Of a stretch of DNA of 64,000 nt, positions 26,690 to 35,399 are shown one piece after another (position 1 is the stretch's first letter; each line of letters starts with the position of its first letter). The DNA lies in the NCBI GenBank assembly GCA_035546035.1, contig DASZXC010000001.1, forward strand, positions 19,538 to 83,537. The letters run 5' to 3'. The notes below the pieces were generated by a model. The model was not told where the DNA came from. It saw only the letters and a list, made by a program, of their open reading frames with translations, and ran no database searches. The translations under genes were made by a program, and so were the position numbers. Source of the DNA: Minisyncoccota bacterium (lineage in GTDB: Bacteria; Patescibacteriota; Minisyncoccia; Phycocordibacterales; UBA6065).

Positions 26690-27115
26690 CTAGCGCTTGC
26701 TCCACTGAGGAGACTTGCGGGCCTTCTTGAGACCGAACTTCCTGCGCTCCTTTGCGCGGGGGTCTCGCTTGAGGAAGCCGAGCTTCTTGAGCTTCTTGCG
26801 GAGCTCGAGGTCGTAATCGAGGAGGGCACGGGAGATCGCGTGGCGGAGAGCCTCTGCCTGCGAGTGGATGCCGCCGCCCGAAAGGATAGCGGTGACCTTG
26901 AACTTCTGGGCGATCTTCGATTCTACGAAAGCAGCCTCGCCGATAGCCTGCATCTCGGCCGTGGCAAAATAGCCGGCGAGATCTTTCGTGACGCCATCAG
27001 AATTGGTGAGCTCGAACGACTGCTTTGCGGCAGGCGTGATGCGGGCGCGGGCGACTGCCGTCTTGCGTCGGCCGACCGCTTCGAAATATTTGGTTTTAGT
27101 CTCGGTTGCGTTCAT
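26690..27115 (-). CDS. rpsI: 30S ribosomal protein S9
   Basis: YFEAVGRRKTAVARA...GGGIHSQAEALRHAISRAL and a C-terminal KR-rich tail; 141 aa. Confidence 0.9.
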   Translation of the reverse strand: MNATETKTKYFEAVGRRKTAVARARITPAAKQSFELTNSDGVTKDLAGYFATAEMQAIGEAAFVESKIAQKFKVTAILSGGGIHSQAEALRHAISRALLDYDLELRKKLKKLGFLKRDPRAKERRKFGLKKARKSPQWSKR

Positions 27116-27122
27116 AAAAGGT

Positions 27123-27473
27123 TTATTCGGTGATCGTGAGGTTCTTCATGATCCTCGGGGTGAGCTTGTTCTTCGGGAGCATGCCCTTGATCGCGATGCG
27201 GAAAACTTCGCTCGTACCCTTCTTTTCGATCATGCGCTTCATCGTAGTGTCTATGAGGCCGCCCGGATAGCCGGTATAGCGGCGGTAGACCTTCTCCTCC
27301 TTCTTCTTGGTCGAGATGTCGGCTTTCGAAGCGTTAACGATGCGGACTTCGACGTCGGCGATGACGTTCGGAGCGTACGCGGTCGTGTTCTTGCCCATGA
27401 GGATCTTGGCGGCTTCGGTGGCCACTCGTCCGATCTTCTTCGCCTGTGCGTCTATAGTGTGGGTAGTTCGCAT
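27123..27473 (-). CDS. rplM: 50S ribosomal protein L13
   Basis: L13-like sequence and the conserved rplM-rpsI operon order. Confidence 0.85.
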   Translation of the reverse strand: MRTTHTIDAQAKKIGRVATEAAKILMGKNTTAYAPNVIADVEVRIVNASKADISTKKKEEKVYRRYTGYPGGLIDTTMKRMIEKKGTSEVFRIAIKGMLPKNKLTPRIMKNLTITE

Positions 27474-27484
27474 GGGAGTAATGA

Positions 27485-27838
27485 TTATTTTACGAACTGG
27501 ATATGGGCCATCTTCGCGCCGTCAGACTTGCGGAGCGGGAGCTTGATGACGCGGGTATAGCCGCCCGTGCGCGCCTTGTGAGCAGGGGCGATAACTTCGA
27601 CGAGCTTCTTCGCAGCCTTTGCGTCGCCGATCCTCGAAACGAGGAGGCGGCGGCTGGCGAGGGTGCCGTTCTTGGCTTTGGTTACCATAGGCTCGATGAA
27701 CTTGCGGAGTTCTTTCGCCTTGGCCTCGGTCGTAGTGATGCCTTCGTGGATAATGAGCGAACGCACCAAAGAGCGGACGAGCGCGGCGCGCTGTCCTTTT
27801 TCCCTGCCCAGTATTCGAAATTTCTCGTGGTGTCGCAT
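27485..27838 (-). CDS. rplQ: 50S ribosomal protein L17
   Basis: MRHHEKFRILGREKGQRAALVRSLVRSLIIHEGITTT is the L17 signature. It follows rpoA as expected. Confidence 0.9.
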   Translation of the reverse strand: MRHHEKFRILGREKGQRAALVRSLVRSLIIHEGITTTEAKAKELRKFIEPMVTKAKNGTLASRRLLVSRIGDAKAAKKLVEVIAPAHKARTGGYTRVIKLPLRKSDGAKMAHIQFVK

Positions 27839-27881
27839 GGCGTGTTTAGAGGCTCAAGTTTACAGATTTTCTATGATTTGT

Positions 27882-28844
27882 CTACTTAAGGGTGATGCCG
27901 TACTCCGAAAGAGCCTTGCGGATCTCCTGGATGCCCTTCGGGCCGAGGCCTTCGATGTTCTCGATGTCCGCCTCTTTCTTGCGCGCGAGGCCTCCGACGG
28001 TGCGGATATTCGCATTCGCGAGAGCGTTGGTCGTCCTCTGCGAGAGGCCGAGGGTCTCGATCCTAGTCTTGAGGAATTCGGTGTCGAGCTCCCTCTTCGC
28101 GCCGCCAGCAGCTTCAGACTTCTCTTCCGATGCAGGGGCGACAGGCTCTTCCTCCTTGAAGCCGACGATGGCCTTGAGCTGGGTGATCATGATGCTGATC
28201 GACTTCTCGAGAGCCTCGTGAGGCGTGATGGTGCCGTCGGTCTCGACAGTGATCTTGAGGCGGTTGAAATCGGTTCGGTCTCCGACGCGCATGTTCTCTA
28301 CTTCGTAGTTGACGCGCTTGATCGGAGCGAAGGTCGCGTCGAGAGCGATGGTGCCGATATCTACGCGCTCCTTCTGGAGAACGTCCTTCGATACGTAGCC
28401 GAGGCCGTGGGCGACGGTGATCTCGATATCGAGCTCCGCGCTCTTATCAGTTACGGAGGCGATATGGAGCTCCGGATTGAGGATCTCTACCTGGCCGGGG
28501 ACCTTGATGTCGGCCGCGGCGACGTCCTTGACGCCCTTGACCTTGAGCGAAAGCGTCTGGGTCTCGGTCGTAGCGACCTTGATGCGGAGCTTCTTGAGGT
28601 TGAGGAGAAGGGTGATGACGTCTTCCTTCACGCCGTTGATAGTCGAGAATTCATGCGATACGCCCGCGATCTTCACATGAGTGACGGCCGTGCCCGGGAG
28701 AGACGAAAGGATGATGCGGCGGAGCGAGTTGCCGAGGGTATGGCCGTAGCCGGGATAGAGGCCGTCTATCTCGTACACGCCGAGATTGTCCTTTTCGAGG
28801 ACGATCTTTGGCTTCGAAGGGAGCACGATGTTGGTTTCGTTCAT
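27882..28844 (-). CDS. rpoA: DNA-directed RNA polymerase alpha subunit
   Basis: GYGHTLGNSLRRILLSS-type N-terminal domain and a C-terminal helix-hairpin-helix region; 320 aa. Confidence 0.9.
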   Translation of the reverse strand: MNETNIVLPSKPKIVLEKDNLGVYEIDGLYPGYGHTLGNSLRRIILSSLPGTAVTHVKIAGVSHEFSTINGVKEDVITLLLNLKKLRIKVATTETQTLSLKVKGVKDVAAADIKVPGQVEILNPELHIASVTDKSAELDIEITVAHGLGYVSKDVLQKERVDIGTIALDATFAPIKRVNYEVENMRVGDRTDFNRLKITVETDGTITPHEALEKSISIMITQLKAIVGFKEEEPVAPASEEKSEAAGGAKRELDTEFLKTRIETLGLSQRTTNALANANIRTVGGLARKKEADIENIEGLGPKGIQEIRKALSEYGITLK

Positions 28845-28866
28845 ACGTTTGTTATTACGAAATTGA

Positions 28867-29481
28867 TTAACGGCTATAGAACTCGATCACTTGCCCCAGA
28901 TTGAAGAGGACTTCCGTCTGGTTGAACTTCGGCGCGGCGGTCATCTCGGCCTCTTTCTTGTCGTTGTTATATGAAAGCCATGTCGGGGTCGCGACCTTCT
29001 TCATCTTCTCGTCGAGGTCCTTGAAGAGAGGCTTTTTGAGGCTCGCAGGTCGAATAGCGATCTTGTCGCCTACCTTGATGGCGTACGAAGGGCTGAAGGT
29101 GCGGGCACCGTTGACCATGATCTGGCCGTGGGCAACCATCTGGCGAGCGGCGAGGCGCGTAGGAGCGATGCCGAGGCGGTATATGACGTTGTCGCAGCGG
29201 GTCTCGAGGCGCTCGTAAAGGGCCTGGACGGTGTTGACGCCCTTCTTGGCGACCGACTCCTTGACGTATTTCTTGAACTGGCGCTCCATGACGCCGTAGG
29301 TATAGCGAACCTTCTGCTTCTCGAGCATCGCGGTCGCGAATTCGCCTTTAGGGCGATATCCACCCTTGCCTCCCTGTCCCCCTTTGCGCTCGGCGCGGAG
29401 GGCGAACTTGGCGGTCTGCGTCTTCTCGAAGATATTTGCTCCGAGGCGGCGCGCGATCTTATATTTTGGTCCGTTTATCAT
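28867..29481 (-). CDS. rpsD: 30S ribosomal protein S4
   Basis: KYKIARRLG...LETRLDNVIYRLG-type S4 domain; 204 aa. Confidence 0.9.
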   Translation of the reverse strand: MINGPKYKIARRLGANIFEKTQTAKFALRAERKGGQGGKGGYRPKGEFATAMLEKQKVRYTYGVMERQFKKYVKESVAKKGVNTVQALYERLETRCDNVIYRLGIAPTRLAARQMVAHGQIMVNGARTFSPSYAIKVGDKIAIRPASLKKPLFKDLDEKMKKVATPTWLSYNNDKKEAEMTAAPKFNQTEVLFNLGQVIEFYSR

Positions 29482-29496
29482 GTTCGATATTAAAAT

Positions 29497-29931
29497 TTAT
29501 ACGCGTCGAGGGCGTGGAGGACGCGGGCCGTTATGAGGCACAGGCGTGACGTCCTTCACCGACGAGATCGCGATACCCTTAGTGATGAAGCTTCGGACTG
29601 CGGACTCGCGACCCGATCCGACGCCCTTGATGACGACGGCGACCTCTTTCATGGCCATGAGCTTTGCCTTGTCGGCAAGGACTTCGCCCACCTTCGCGGC
29701 AGCAAAAGGAGTGCCTTTCTTAGCACCCTTGAATCCGAGGGCGCCGGCAGACGATTGCGCGAGCGCGTTGCCCGATGCGTCCGTGAGAAGGCAAAGGGTG
29801 TTGTTATAGGTAGACTGAACGAAGAGGACGCCGGTGTCCACCTTTTTCTTAGGAGCCTTCGCGACGGCCTCTTTCTTTGTTTCTGCCGCCGGCGCCTTCT
29901 TATCTTCGATCTTTTTCTTTGGTTCAGCCAT
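29497..29931 (-). CDS. rpsK: 30S ribosomal protein S11
   Basis: VLFVQSTYNNTLCLLTDASGNAL...VKGVGSGRESAVR matches S11, with a K-rich N-terminal extension. Confidence 0.9.
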   Translation of the reverse strand: MAEPKKKIEDKKAPAAETKKEAVAKAPKKKVDTGVLFVQSTYNNTLCLLTDASGNALAQSSAGALGFKGAKKGTPFAAAKVGEVLADKAKLMAMKEVAVVIKGVGSGRESAVRSFITKGIAISSVKDVTPVPHNGPRPPRPRRV

Positions 29932-29939
29932 GTTGGTGA

Positions 29940-30320
29940 TTATTTCTTTTCAGCTACCTTTCGTCCGGTGCCCATGGTCTTGCGTGTGTTGCCGCGGCGG
30001 GTTCGGGAGTTCGTCTTAGTCCTCTGGCCGTTGACCGGGAGCGAGCGCTGGTGGCGAACGCCGCGATACGCCTTGATATCCTTGAGGCGCTTCACGTTGG
30101 AAGCGACTTCGCGTTTGAGATCACCCTCGATCTTGAGGCCTTCCATCGCCTTCTTGATGGCATTCTCCTCGTCGGCGGTCACTTCCTTGGATTTCTTGCT
30201 CGGCTGGACCTTCGCTTCGGCGAGAATCTCGAGGGCACGCGAACGTCCGACGCCGTAGAGCGCCGTGAGGGCAATCTCTATGCGCTTTTCGTCTGGAAGG
30301 GTGATGCCGAGGATTCGCAT
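29940..30320 (-). CDS. rpsM: 30S ribosomal protein S13
   Basis: MRILGITLPDEKRIEIALTALYGVGRSRA is the S13 signature; 126 aa. Confidence 0.9.
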   Translation of the reverse strand: MRILGITLPDEKRIEIALTALYGVGRSRALEILAEAKVQPSKKSKEVTADEENAIKKAMEGLKIEGDLKREVASNVKRLKDIKAYRGVRHQRSLPVNGQRTKTNSRTRRGNTRKTMGTGRKVAEKK

Positions 30321-30439
30321 GAAGGCTGGGATTAAAAGTTTAGTTTGGGGGCTAAAATAAAAAATGAAAACGTCTGGAAACGGCGTTTTTATTCTGTAAG
30401 GGTCGGAGTTAGCATCCTAACATGTAGCCAAAAATAAGT

Positions 30440-30556
30440 CTAGCCCTGGCGCTGCTTATGGCGTGGATTCGACTTGCACACGACGTACACGTAGCCCTTT
30501 CGACGGACTACCTTGCAATTCGCGCACTTTTTCTTTACTGATGATTTTACTCGCAT
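30440..30556 (-). CDS. rpmJ: 50S ribosomal protein L36 (38 aa; missing from the ORF track)
   Basis: Minus-strand translation [38 protein letters not shown] has the C-x2-C-x12-C-x4-H zinc-ribbon pattern of L36, between infA and rpsM as in the standard operon. Confidence 0.85.
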   Translation of the reverse strand: MRVKSSVKKKCANCKVVRRKGYVYVVCKSNPRHKQRQG

Positions 30557-30569
30557 TTTGTTCGCTTTT

Positions 30570-30782
30570 TTACATCCTCTGAACGATCCTGCCCTTTCCT
30601 CCGTAGGGTTCGAGCTCCACTTTAACCTTGTCTCCGACGAGAACCCTGATGCGGTTCATCCTCATCTTGCCGGCGAGATACGTGAGTATCTGGTTGCCGT
30701 CTTCGAGCTCTACCCTGAAAAAGGTGTTCGGAAGGGCTTCGGTGACGACGCCCAGGACGCTTGGTTTGTTTTGATCTGCCAT
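30570..30782 (-). CDS. infA: Translation initiation factor IF-1
   Basis: [33 protein letters not shown] is the IF-1 S1-like fold signature; 70 aa. Confidence 0.9.
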   Translation of the reverse strand: MADQNKPSVLGVVTEALPNTFFRVELEDGNQILTYLAGKMRMNRIRVLVGDKVKVELEPYGGKGRIVQRM

Positions 30783-30835
30783 TGAGAACGTGAAAAGCAG
30801 TATAGACTAATAATAGAGCCTTGTAAAGGCGAGGC

Positions 30836-32320
30836 TTATATCGCCTCCTTGATCTCAATTTTATCGACGCCCTTCGGGAATGAACGCGACCAGAAGGGAC
30901 GGATAGAGATGTCGGCTTTCTCTATCATAGGGAATTGCTGGAGTATCGAAGCGGTCGAGGAGCGCGATTGGCCGGCGAGAGCCTGTTCGAGGGCATCCGC
31001 ATCATACACCCACTGGAACGTAGCGGCGCCGGAGATATGGAAGGAGACGCTGTCGGCATTCGGCTTGAAATCCTTCGGAGCAAAGGTCAGATTATCCGCA
31101 TTCGGGACGGTGATCGGATCGTCTTTGTAATTTTTGATATAGGTCCGAGCGAGCGCGGCGCCGAGGTCTTCGCGATTGAATACGACGGCCGAGATCGTTC
31201 CCTCTTCCTTGATCACGACTTGGTCGCCGTCCGCCTCGTCGGGCAAGGCAGTGAATGCAATAGCATACGCCTTGTCGTAGAGAACCTGATCGGTCGTTTT
31301 TTTGGCCTGAACGGCCTTGAGAAGGTCGTCGGTGATCTTTTCCTCTATATCGGACTTAGCTTTGACACGGTCAGCGTCGGCGACGATCTTCTGAATGCCG
31401 TTAAAACCGCCGGCGAGAGGCGTCTTCGATCGCGCATAGAAGGAATTATAGCGAGGATCGCCCTTGAATCCCGGAATGGTGAAGTCTTTGAGGCCGACGT
31501 TGTATTTTTCACCTGCTTCGTCAGCCATGACTACAGCCTCGACGCTGCCCGGCGTAGTTCCCTTCTTGCCGGGAACGGTGACAGAGTCAGAGATGCGGTA
31601 GATAAGCCCTTCCGGCGTCGCGAATCGGGTATTTTTGATGAGGCGCTGCGACGCGGTGCTGTAATTGTTATAGATGACGATGGTTCCAGAAGCACGGGTC
31701 GAGACCTGCTTCTGACCGTTCGCCTTTACGGTCGCCATTGATTGCGTCGTAGCGGTCAACGGAGTGAAGGCGAGCTCGCCCGCGGCGGGCGATTTCTTGG
31801 CGACAAGATCTGCATCGGCCGTGAACGCGAGCGTTCGAGGCGTCGCGGTTACCGTCGCGCTGTGGAATATGCTCGTGACGAGAACCGCAAGAGCGACGAC
31901 GATGAAGACGGCTCCGCCGAGGTACATAAGGCCGCGCTTGCTCGACGAGCGGCCGCGGCGCGACCTCTTGGCACGGCCCTGCTCGAATTCGTCGCGGGCC
32001 TTGCGGAGGCTTTCTTTCTCCTCTTCCTCGCGCTTCTTGTCTTCTTCGACTTCGCGTTCGGCCTCGCGCTCCCGTTCTTCATCCACGCTGCGCTTTTCAG
32101 CGGCCTCCTCGACGGCGCGCTGCTTTTCCCGAATCTCTTCCTGGGTTACCTCCTTCTTTCGGGCGATCCTTGGCGCGCGGGCAGGCTGCTTGGCGATCTT
32201 TATCTTTACGTTTTCTGCCCCATCGTCATCGATCGAGGCGACCCTATCTTCGCGCAAAGGGATATTCCGTATGGAACGGCTTCCCTTCGGTACGATATCT
32301 TGCATCGGTTTTCGTGCCAT
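30836..32320 (-). CDS. Hypothetical bitopic membrane protein with an RE/K-rich cytoplasmic N-terminus and an extracytoplasmic domain of about 340 aa
   Basis: About 130 N-terminal charged low-complexity residues (EEREREAEREVEEDKKREEEE), a single TM (LMYLGGAVFIVVALAVLVTSIF) and a large C-terminal domain with no recognisable motif. It lies directly downstream of the actin-like ATPase gene. Confidence 0.45.
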   Translation of the reverse strand: MARKPMQDIVPKGSRSIRNIPLREDRVASIDDDGAENVKIKIAKQPARAPRIARKKEVTQEEIREKQRAVEEAAEKRSVDEEREREAEREVEEDKKREEEEKESLRKARDEFEQGRAKRSRRGRSSSKRGLMYLGGAVFIVVALAVLVTSIFHSATVTATPRTLAFTADADLVAKKSPAAGELAFTPLTATTQSMATVKANGQKQVSTRASGTIVIYNNYSTASQRLIKNTRFATPEGLIYRISDSVTVPGKKGTTPGSVEAVVMADEAGEKYNVGLKDFTIPGFKGDPRYNSFYARSKTPLAGGFNGIQKIVADADRVKAKSDIEEKITDDLLKAVQAKKTTDQVLYDKAYAIAFTALPDEADGDQVVIKEEGTISAVVFNREDLGAALARTYIKNYKDDPITVPNADNLTFAPKDFKPNADSVSFHISGAATFQWVYDADALEQALAGQSRSSTASILQQFPMIEKADISIRPFWSRSFPKGVDKIEIKEAI

Positions 32321-32335
32321 AGAATGTTTGCCTGA

Positions 32336-33571
32336 TTATACACCATCGTGCACCCTCCCTGCGAATGCGGCGATAATCGCCATAAACGGATCCTTATCCG
32401 CACGTTTGCCGAACGTCACCAGCGGCTTCAATTTGTCGTGATTGACGAGCGTGACGAAGAACGGAGCCTCGCCGATGCCGAATTCGGAGACTTTTTCCGA
32501 CCGGAGCGCGCGCATGAAGAACTGCACGAGATCGTTATTGATGACGACGAATATCTTCGTCGGGAGCGAAGCGCCGCTCGATGCCTTTTCGAGCACGTCT
32601 CTGAAGCCTTTCATCCATTCGTCGCCGGCCGTTTCCATGATCGGACGGAGCTTGCCCTCGACGGATTTGTCGGCGCGGCCTTCTTCGACCAGACGGACCA
32701 AGGACGTGGCTTCGGCCGCCGAACCGCCAAGAGCTTTTCGTATGCGGCGGATGATGAAATGGCGGCCCAGCGGAAAGCTCGCGGTTTCGGATATAAGCCC
32801 GTTCTGGACGATGGTCACGTCAGATATCTCCCCGCCTATATCGAGGAACATGAAATCGCTCTCTTCGTGGAATGCGTCGCGGATAACGGAAAACGAAGAG
32901 AGAGCGAACGAAAAAGCCTTGGTGTCTTTCGGATGATACGCTTTCACTGACACTTCGTTCACCTTTTGATACAGAGAGGCGGGAATGAGGCTCGTGAGAA
33001 ACGATATGTCCGCGCTATGGGCCTTCTTTCCATACGGATCGCTGACCTGATATCCGTTCAGCCGTATGTCTATGACCTTATGCTCGATGACTTTCAATCC
33101 CTTGAGAGCATTTTCATTGTCGCCGACCATTTCGGTCTCGAACATCTTTTCGTGGGTCGCGACGACCTTGTCTACCTGCTCTTTGGTCAGGGCAAACGGC
33201 TCGCTTTCGCGGAGCGTGACGACCTTGGTCTCCGTGACGGTCCACGGCGACGAGAACACGTATACGACGTGGCGGATGCGCCGGGCCGATGCAAGCCCGC
33301 CGAGCTCGGTGAATTTGAGATGCGCGAGGCCTTCTTTCGAAAGCCTCTCGTTTACGAGCTTCAATGCATCGAGCATTTCGTTCATGAAGCGCTCGGGATC
33401 CACGTCTCCCCGGTACGGGATCGGTTCGCGGAGCGTGTATACGACGTGAGGCGTTTTACCGTGCTCGAACCTGACGAGACCCGCGCCCACGGACGCGGTC
33501 CCGATGTGGAATACGATGCCAAGCTCGGCGTGAGGACGGAATAGGGAGAACATGGTCTTATTATAGACCAA
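32336..33571 (-). CDS. Actin-fold ATPase of the FtsA/PilM family
   Basis: GIVFHIGTASVGAGLV (phosphate-1 like), MFLDIGGEISDVTIV (phosphate-2 like, compare DIGGGTTD) and a PLGRHFIIRRI adenosine-motif-like block; 411 aa. Confidence 0.5.
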   Translation of the reverse strand: MVYNKTMFSLFRPHAELGIVFHIGTASVGAGLVRFEHGKTPHVVYTLREPIPYRGDVDPERFMNEMLDALKLVNERLSKEGLAHLKFTELGGLASARRIRHVVYVFSSPWTVTETKVVTLRESEPFALTKEQVDKVVATHEKMFETEMVGDNENALKGLKVIEHKVIDIRLNGYQVSDPYGKKAHSADISFLTSLIPASLYQKVNEVSVKAYHPKDTKAFSFALSSFSVIRDAFHEESDFMFLDIGGEISDVTIVQNGLISETASFPLGRHFIIRRIRKALGGSAAEATSLVRLVEEGRADKSVEGKLRPIMETAGDEWMKGFRDVLEKASSGASLPTKIFVVINNDLVQFFMRALRSEKVSEFGIGEAPFFVTLVNHDKLKPLVTFGKRADKDPFMAIIAAFAGRVHDGV

Positions 33572-33590
33572 AAAGAGGTACGAGCTAAGG

Positions 33591-35384
33591 CTAGCTCAAC
33601 ACCGCTTTGATGCGGCGGACACCCGCAGAAACTGCTTCTTCTTTCTGGATCTTGAACGTGCCGAGCTCTTTGGTGTTCATGACGTGCGGACCGCCGCAGA
33701 ATTCCTTGGAATATGCGCCCGCGAGATCGTCGCCGATGTAATAGACAGACACGACATCGCCGTATTTGTCGCCGAAGAAATGATATGCGCCCGTCTTGAG
33801 AGCTTCCTCTTTTGGAAGCTCTACCTTATTGACCGGGAGCGCTGCCTTGATTTTTGCATTCACGATGTCTTCAACGCGCTTTTTCTCGTCATCGGTCATC
33901 TTCGCCGTATGGGTAAAGTCGAAACGCAAACGTTCAGGCGTGATATTCGAACCCTTCTGCATAACATGGTCGCCAAGCACTTCGTGGAGCGCCTTGTGGA
34001 GCAAATGGGTCGCCGTGTGATAGCGGAGCGACATATCGGATGTGTCGCCGAGACCGCCTTTGAATTTCTGCTCCGCGCCGGCGCGGGAGAGGTCTTGGTG
34101 CTTTTTGAATTCGATCTCGTAAGCGCCGCGGTCTACGACGAGGTCCTTGCCCCGCGCAAGCTCGATGGTCATGTCTATAGGAAATCCATAGCTCGAAAAG
34201 AGCGTGAATGCGTCGGTAGCGGTTACTTTTCCTGTCTTAGCAAGCTTTTCGAATTCTTTAACGCCCTGATCGAGAGTCTTCGCGAACTTATCAGCCTCTT
34301 TCGATATCTCATCGATGATCGTTGCCTCGCCCGATTCGATATTCGGATAGAAAGCGCTGAACTGCTCGACGAGGATGCCGATCAGCGTCTCGACGGACGA
34401 TCGGTCGAGCTTCTTGGCATCGGTATTGAATACCATGCGGCGAATGATGCGGCGCAGAACATAGCCCTGATCGGTATTCGCAGGGACGACCCCGTCGGCG
34501 ATCATGAATGTCGCGGTACGGATGTGGTCTGAAATGATGCGCTGGCGACGGATATCGCCTGCCAACGTTTTTGCGATAGCCATGATAGGCGCGAATATAT
34601 CGGTCTCGAACACATTCGATTTCTTCTGGAGCACCGTACAGACGCGCTCGAAGCCCGAACCCGTATCCACGTTCTTTTTGGCGAGCCTGCCGACGATCTT
34701 TCCGTCCTTTTTCTCGTACTCCATGAATACGTCGTTCCAGATCTCGACGACTTTCTGCGCTTCGTCGGCGGCGTCATATTGTTCAGGCGTCAGATCGCCC
34801 AATCCTTCGGGAGTAAGGTCATAGAACATCTCGGAGCACGGGCCGGTCGGGCCGGTCCACGTGTCTTTGCCCGGTTCTTTACTCTTGACCGCGGGCCACC
34901 AGTTCGCCGATGCGCCCTTGAAATAGATGCGATGCTTTGGCATGCCGACCGATTCCCAGATACGCGCAGCCTCGTCGTCGCGCGGGGCATTCTCATCGCC
35001 GGCGAATACTGTCACGTAGAGGCGCTTCGGGTCGAGACCGAATCCTTCGGTTTTCGACGTGAGCAATTCATAGCTCCATGCGATCGCCTCTTCCTTGAAA
35101 TACGAGCCGAGCGACCAGTTGCCCATCATCTCGAAGAACGTCAGGTGCGTATTGTCGCCGATATCGTCTATATCGCCCGTGCGGACGCATTTTTGAAAAT
35201 CAGCGAGCCTGTCGCCCTGCGGGTGCGCCCTGCCCATGAGATACGGGACCAAAGGCTGCATGCCCGCGGTATTGAAAAGCACCGTCGGGTCGTTTTCAGG
35301 CACGAGAGAGGCCGAAGGTATGATGGCATGCCCCCTCTTTTCGAAAAAGGCCAGGAATCGTTTGCGGACTTCGGCTGATGTCAT
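33591..35384 (-). CDS. alaS: Alanyl-tRNA synthetase, short form (catalytic and editing domains, no C-Ala domain)
   Basis: FTNAGM-like block, RTGDIDDIGDNTHLTFFEMMGNWSLG and the editing HTATHLLH...CGGPHV motifs. At 597 aa it is far shorter than the usual ~870 aa. Confidence 0.85.
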   Translation of the reverse strand: MTSAEVRKRFLAFFEKRGHAIIPSASLVPENDPTVLFNTAGMQPLVPYLMGRAHPQGDRLADFQKCVRTGDIDDIGDNTHLTFFEMMGNWSLGSYFKEEAIAWSYELLTSKTEGFGLDPKRLYVTVFAGDENAPRDDEAARIWESVGMPKHRIYFKGASANWWPAVKSKEPGKDTWTGPTGPCSEMFYDLTPEGLGDLTPEQYDAADEAQKVVEIWNDVFMEYEKKDGKIVGRLAKKNVDTGSGFERVCTVLQKKSNVFETDIFAPIMAIAKTLAGDIRRQRIISDHIRTATFMIADGVVPANTDQGYVLRRIIRRMVFNTDAKKLDRSSVETLIGILVEQFSAFYPNIESGEATIIDEISKEADKFAKTLDQGVKEFEKLAKTGKVTATDAFTLFSSYGFPIDMTIELARGKDLVVDRGAYEIEFKKHQDLSRAGAEQKFKGGLGDTSDMSLRYHTATHLLHKALHEVLGDHVMQKGSNITPERLRFDFTHTAKMTDDEKKRVEDIVNAKIKAALPVNKVELPKEEALKTGAYHFFGDKYGDVVSVYYIGDDLAGAYSKEFCGGPHVMNTKELGTFKIQKEEAVSAGVRRIKAVLS

Positions 35385-35399
35385 AGGGCTAATCTAGCA

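Noticed and set aside
27663-28904. 413-aa plus-strand ORF
   Set aside because: Antisense to rpoA/rplQ; same artefact.
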